From Pyrinomonadaceae bacterium (GTDB lineage: Bacteria; Acidobacteriota; Blastocatellia; Pyrinomonadales; Pyrinomonadaceae), in NCBI GenBank assembly GCA_039933315.1, contig JBDTOI010000002.1, forward strand, positions 992 through 64,991: a DNA stretch of 64,000 nt, in the 5' to 3' direction. Shown one piece after another: positions 61,218-64,000 of the stretch (positions are counted from its first letter, which is position 1; each line of letters starts with the position of its first letter). A model generated the notes under the pieces. It was not told the DNA's origin. It did no database searches and saw only the letters and a list, made by a program, of their open reading frames with translations. Made by a program: the position numbers and the translations under genes.

Positions 61218-61309
61218 GTGGCACAGACTTCAGTCTGTGATGGAAGATGCGGAATTTCTGGGATAGGGGTGAGTTTTAAAGTCGGATCACAGACTGAAGT
61301 CTGTGCCAC
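61218..61309. repeat. family-E hairpin element (copy E3)
   Basis: GTGGCACAGACTTCAGTCTGTGAT (61218-61241) is inverted relative to ATCACAGACTGAAGTCTGTGCCAC (61286-61309). It ends 4 nt from the dxs stop codon. Confidence 0.9.
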
Positions 61310-61313
61310 TTGA

Positions 61314-63224
61314 TCAAACCTTCTGTCGCTTGGTGCGACGTTGATCAAGGACTTCCACAGACTCTTTTACGCGGGTGTAGATCCCATCAACGTCCAGGCC
61401 GTATTTGGCCAGCAGCAGTTTCGGATCGCCATGAGTTACCAACCGGTCCGGGATTCCCATACGCACCACGGAAACCTTGTCCTGCAGGCCGTTCTCTTCG
61501 AGCAGCTCCATTATCGCTGAGCCAAAGCCGCCGGCCAGGTAGGCTTCTTCGACGGTGACGATAAGACGTTTTGTGCGCGCCAGGGCCAGCAGCAAAGAGG
61601 CGTCGAGTGGTTTGACGAAACGGGCATTCACCACCGTCGCTTCAATCCCGTCCCTGGCCAGATTCTCCGCCGCTTTCAACGACGGATGTACCATTGAGCC
61701 GTAGGCTACGATTGCTACCTCGCCCCCATCCCGCAGAATTTCCCCTTTGCCGATCTCCAGCACCTGCGGCTCGGCCACCGGCACGCCAATGCCGTTGCCG
61801 CGCGGGTAACGCATCGCCGCCGGCCCCACGTGTTCGACCATGGTCAGCAGCATGTCGCGCATTTCCCCCTCGTCCTTGGGGGCCATCACAACGATATTGG
61901 GAACGCCACGCAAATAGGCAATATCCAGCAAGCCATGATGCGTCGGTCCGTCGCCGCCGGCGATGCCACCGCGATCCAGGCAAAACTTTACGTTCAAATT
62001 CTGGATACAAACATCGTGTACCAACTGATCGAAACCTCTTTGCAAAAACGTGGAATAAATTGCGCAGACGGGTTTCAGACCTTCGCAGGAAAGACCCGCG
62101 GCGAAGGTGACGCAATGCTGTTCCGCAATACCCACGTCGAAGGAGCGCTCGGGAAACTTTTCCAGCGCCATAGCTATACCCGTGCCGTCCGGCATCGCGG
62201 CGGTCAGGGCGACAATCTTCTCGTCTTTCTCCATCAACTCGCACAGGGAATTGCCAAAGACGGATGTGTAGGTAGGAGTTTTAGCCGAAGACTTCGGGGC
62301 CTGACCGGTCGCGAGATCAAATGGCCCGGTTGCGTGCCATTTGTAGTAGTCCTTTTCCGCCGTGGGATAACCTTTGCCTTTCGTCGTCAGGGCGTGCACG
62401 ATCACGGGCCCATCCTTGACCTGTTGCGCCTCCCGCAAGGCCGCCACCAGCGCGCGCGGGTTGTGCCCGTCGACGTAGCCGATGTATTTGAACCCGAGCT
62501 CGTTCACCAACGCGCCGGGTAGCACCGCAGCCGCCAGCGCGTCCTTCATGGTTTTCGCCGCATGATGCAGGCGCTCGCCCAACGAAGGAATCGAAAGTAA
62601 CGTCTCTCCCACTTCATCCTTGAAGCGATGATATGGTTGCGCCTCGCGCAAGCGATTGAGATAGCCCGTGAGCGCGCCTACTGCCGGGGCGATCGACATC
62701 TCGTTATCATTCAGCAACACGATCAGACGCGTCTTTAAGTGGCCGGCCTGATTTATCGCTTCCATCGCCATGCCGCCAGCCAGCGAAGCGTCACCGATCA
62801 GTGCCACGACGTGATGATCTTCGCCTTTACGATCCCGCGCGATGGCCATGCCCAGCGCGGCGGAAAGTGACGTGGATGCGTGGCCCGCGCCGAAGGTGTC
62901 GTACTCGGATTCGTCCCGGCGGAGAAAGCCGCTCAGGCCGCCGTACTGTTTAATGGAAGGAAGTTGATCGCGCCGGCCGGTGAGAATCTTGTGGGCATAG
63001 GCCTGATGGCCCACATCCCAGACCAGGCGGTCGCGCGGAGTCTCAAAAGCGTAATGAAGAGCCACTGCCAACTCGACAGCGCCCAGCGAGGCCCCAGTGT
63101 GCCCGCCCACGCGCGACATTGTTTCCAGAATGTATTGGCGAATCTCGTCCGCCACTTCCTGTAACTGCTCGGGTCGCAGCTGGCGCAGGTCGGCAGGAGA
63201 GTTGATATTCATTAGGAGTTTCAT
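61314..63224 (-). CDS. dxs: 1-deoxy-D-xylulose-5-phosphate synthase
   Basis: 'GGHTGASLGAVELAVALHY', 'GDASLAGGMAMEA' (ThDP motif) and 'GGDGPTHHG'. ATG at 63224 (MKLLMNINSPADLRQL) is preferred over the TTG at 63293. Confidence 0.93.
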   Translation of the reverse strand: MKLLMNINSPADLRQLRPEQLQEVADEIRQYILETMSRVGGHTGASLGAVELAVALHYAFETPRDRLVWDVGHQAYAHKILTGRRDQLPSIKQYGGLSGFLRRDESEYDTFGAGHASTSLSAALGMAIARDRKGEDHHVVALIGDASLAGGMAMEAINQAGHLKTRLIVLLNDNEMSIAPAVGALTGYLNRLREAQPYHRFKDEVGETLLSIPSLGERLHHAAKTMKDALAAAVLPGALVNELGFKYIGYVDGHNPRALVAALREAQQVKDGPVIVHALTTKGKGYPTAEKDYYKWHATGPFDLATGQAPKSSAKTPTYTSVFGNSLCELMEKDEKIVALTAAMPDGTGIAMALEKFPERSFDVGIAEQHCVTFAAGLSCEGLKPVCAIYSTFLQRGFDQLVHDVCIQNLNVKFCLDRGGIAGGDGPTHHGLLDIAYLRGVPNIVVMAPKDEGEMRDMLLTMVEHVGPAAMRYPRGNGIGVPVAEPQVLEIGKGEILRDGGEVAIVAYGSMVHPSLKAAENLARDGIEATVVNARFVKPLDASLLLALARTKRLIVTVEEAYLAGGFGSAIMELLEENGLQDKVSVVRMGIPDRLVTHGDPKLLLAKYGLDVDGIYTRVKESVEVLDQRRTKRQKV

Positions 63225-63408
63225 TGCGGGCGTATTGTAACTTGTGATTCTGGCTTTTGCTATCTTAAGACTTTTACACCAGACAGCCTCCAATAGACCT
63301 GCGAAGCCTTAACCCTTAGCCTTTTCCGGGCGGTGTCTTTGTTCCGCAAAGTTCTTTCTACCATTAAGCCAGCGGACTGTCAATGCTGCCGGAGTCCCGG
63401 CCAGCCAT

Positions 63409-63433
63409 TGAACTTCGGCCAAACCGCGCCGTC
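63409..63433 (+). promoter_or_regulatory. candidate ECF-type promoter (TGAAC-N16-CGTC)
   Basis: TGAACTT at 63409-63415 and CGTC at 63430-63433, exactly 16 nt after GAAC. It lies ~110 nt upstream of the CpxP-like gene. Motif match only. Confidence 0.3.
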
Positions 63434-63544
63434 GCGCGTCTAAACTTGCGAACGCTCATTAACTGACGTTTCACCGCGAGCAGTTTCCCCGCCGCGACTC
63501 AAATAATCTTTAATAAGTGTTACAGAAAGGAAGTACAGAAAAAT

Positions 63545-64000
63545 ATGTCCTTACGCAACAAATTGATGGGAGCAGCAATAACTACCGCCCTGGTGTCCGT
63601 CCTGGGGGTTAACGCTGTGGCGCAGGAACCGCAGGGTCCGTCCCCGGATCGCAATCGGCCTGACCGCGTTGGTCGCAGGGATGGGATAGAAGGTCGGGAA
63701 AGATTGCGTGGCCGTGAAATGGGAAAGAGGCGCTTGCTGCGCCAGCTTGACCTGACCGACGCTCAAAGAGAACAGGTACGCGCCGCGGCGGAGAGAAACC
63801 GCGAGGCCACAAAGACGCAGAGGGAAGAGTTGCGCCAGTTGGCTGGTAAACGCCGGGAGGGAACACTGACGACTGCCGAAGAGGCAAGGGTACGGGCCTT
63901 ACGCGATGAGATCCGTAGTTCGATGCAGAGTAACCACGGAAACCTGCTCGGTATTCTGACGCCTGAGCAGAAGGCCAGACTCGAGCAGATCAAAAATGAG
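63545..64000 (+). CDS. periplasmic Spy/CpxP-family (LTXXQ) protein, 5' part (runs off window end)
   Basis: Not in the ORF track because it is open-ended. Manual translation gives MSLRNKLMGAAITTALVSVLGVNAVAQ (signal peptide), then ...'LDLTDAQREQVRAA' and 'ILTPEQKARLEQI' LTXXQ motifs. Confidence 0.7.
   Translation, partial: MSLRNKLMGAAITTALVSVLGVNAVAQEPQGPSPDRNRPDRVGRRDGIEGRERLRGREMGKRRLLRQLDLTDAQREQVRAAAERNREATKTQREELRQLAGKRREGTLTTAEEARVRALRDEIRSSMQSNHGNLLGILTPEQKARLEQIKNE

Noticed and set aside
1-64000. Prophage, integrative element or IS boundaries
   Set aside because: No integrase, transposase, phage structural genes or tRNA attachment site is visible. The palindromic elements are non-autonomous and lack coding capacity.

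Overview
64-kb chromosomal window, roughly 55-60% GC by eye. The gene content resembles an Acidobacteriota-type soil bacterium, but that taxon is inference only. I found no rRNA, tRNA, CRISPR array, transposase, integrase or prophage genes. (1) 1-22 kb holds housekeeping, envelope and signalling genes: SLT transglycosylase, asparaginase-II-like, 3D-domain hydrolase, dapF, a ParE TA pair, PBP4, pyk, yacG, Crp/Fnr, two GGDEF-type response regulators and a DUF2752/CD225 membrane trio. (2) 22.4-48.5 kb is a large atypical surface-glycan locus. It has three ArnT-like GT-C membrane proteins, an ArnC/GtrB-like GT2, four GT4s, a MurJ-like flippase, three SAM methyltransferases, an AsnB-like amidotransferase, a bi-domain oxidoreductase, an SGNH hydrolase and wecB/wecC. 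No Wzx/Wzy/Wza/Wzc or initiating transferase is visible. (3) This locus is interrupted at 38.4-40.0 kb by a lower-GC hicB-hicA pair plus a 330-aa DUF4062 (TIR/deoxyribosyltransferase-like) protein. This is my best candidate for an undescribed defence-like system. (4) 48.5-64 kb holds an ECF sigma/anti-sigma/CpxP-like operon, a Klenow-like PolA lacking the 5' nuclease domain, MFS, queF, rhomboid, a DAACS transporter, nadK, tlyA, dxs, and a second CpxP-like gene behind an ECF-type promoter motif. The most striking non-genic signal is that almost every intergenic spacer of the glycan locus, and several elsewhere, is filled by non-coding palindromic MITE/REP-like elements. These belong to at least 7 sequence families. 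Four families are built from hairpins with different, covarying stems but a shared TGAA/TTCA tetraloop. Several ORF-track ORFs, N-terminal extensions and even stop codons derive from these elements.
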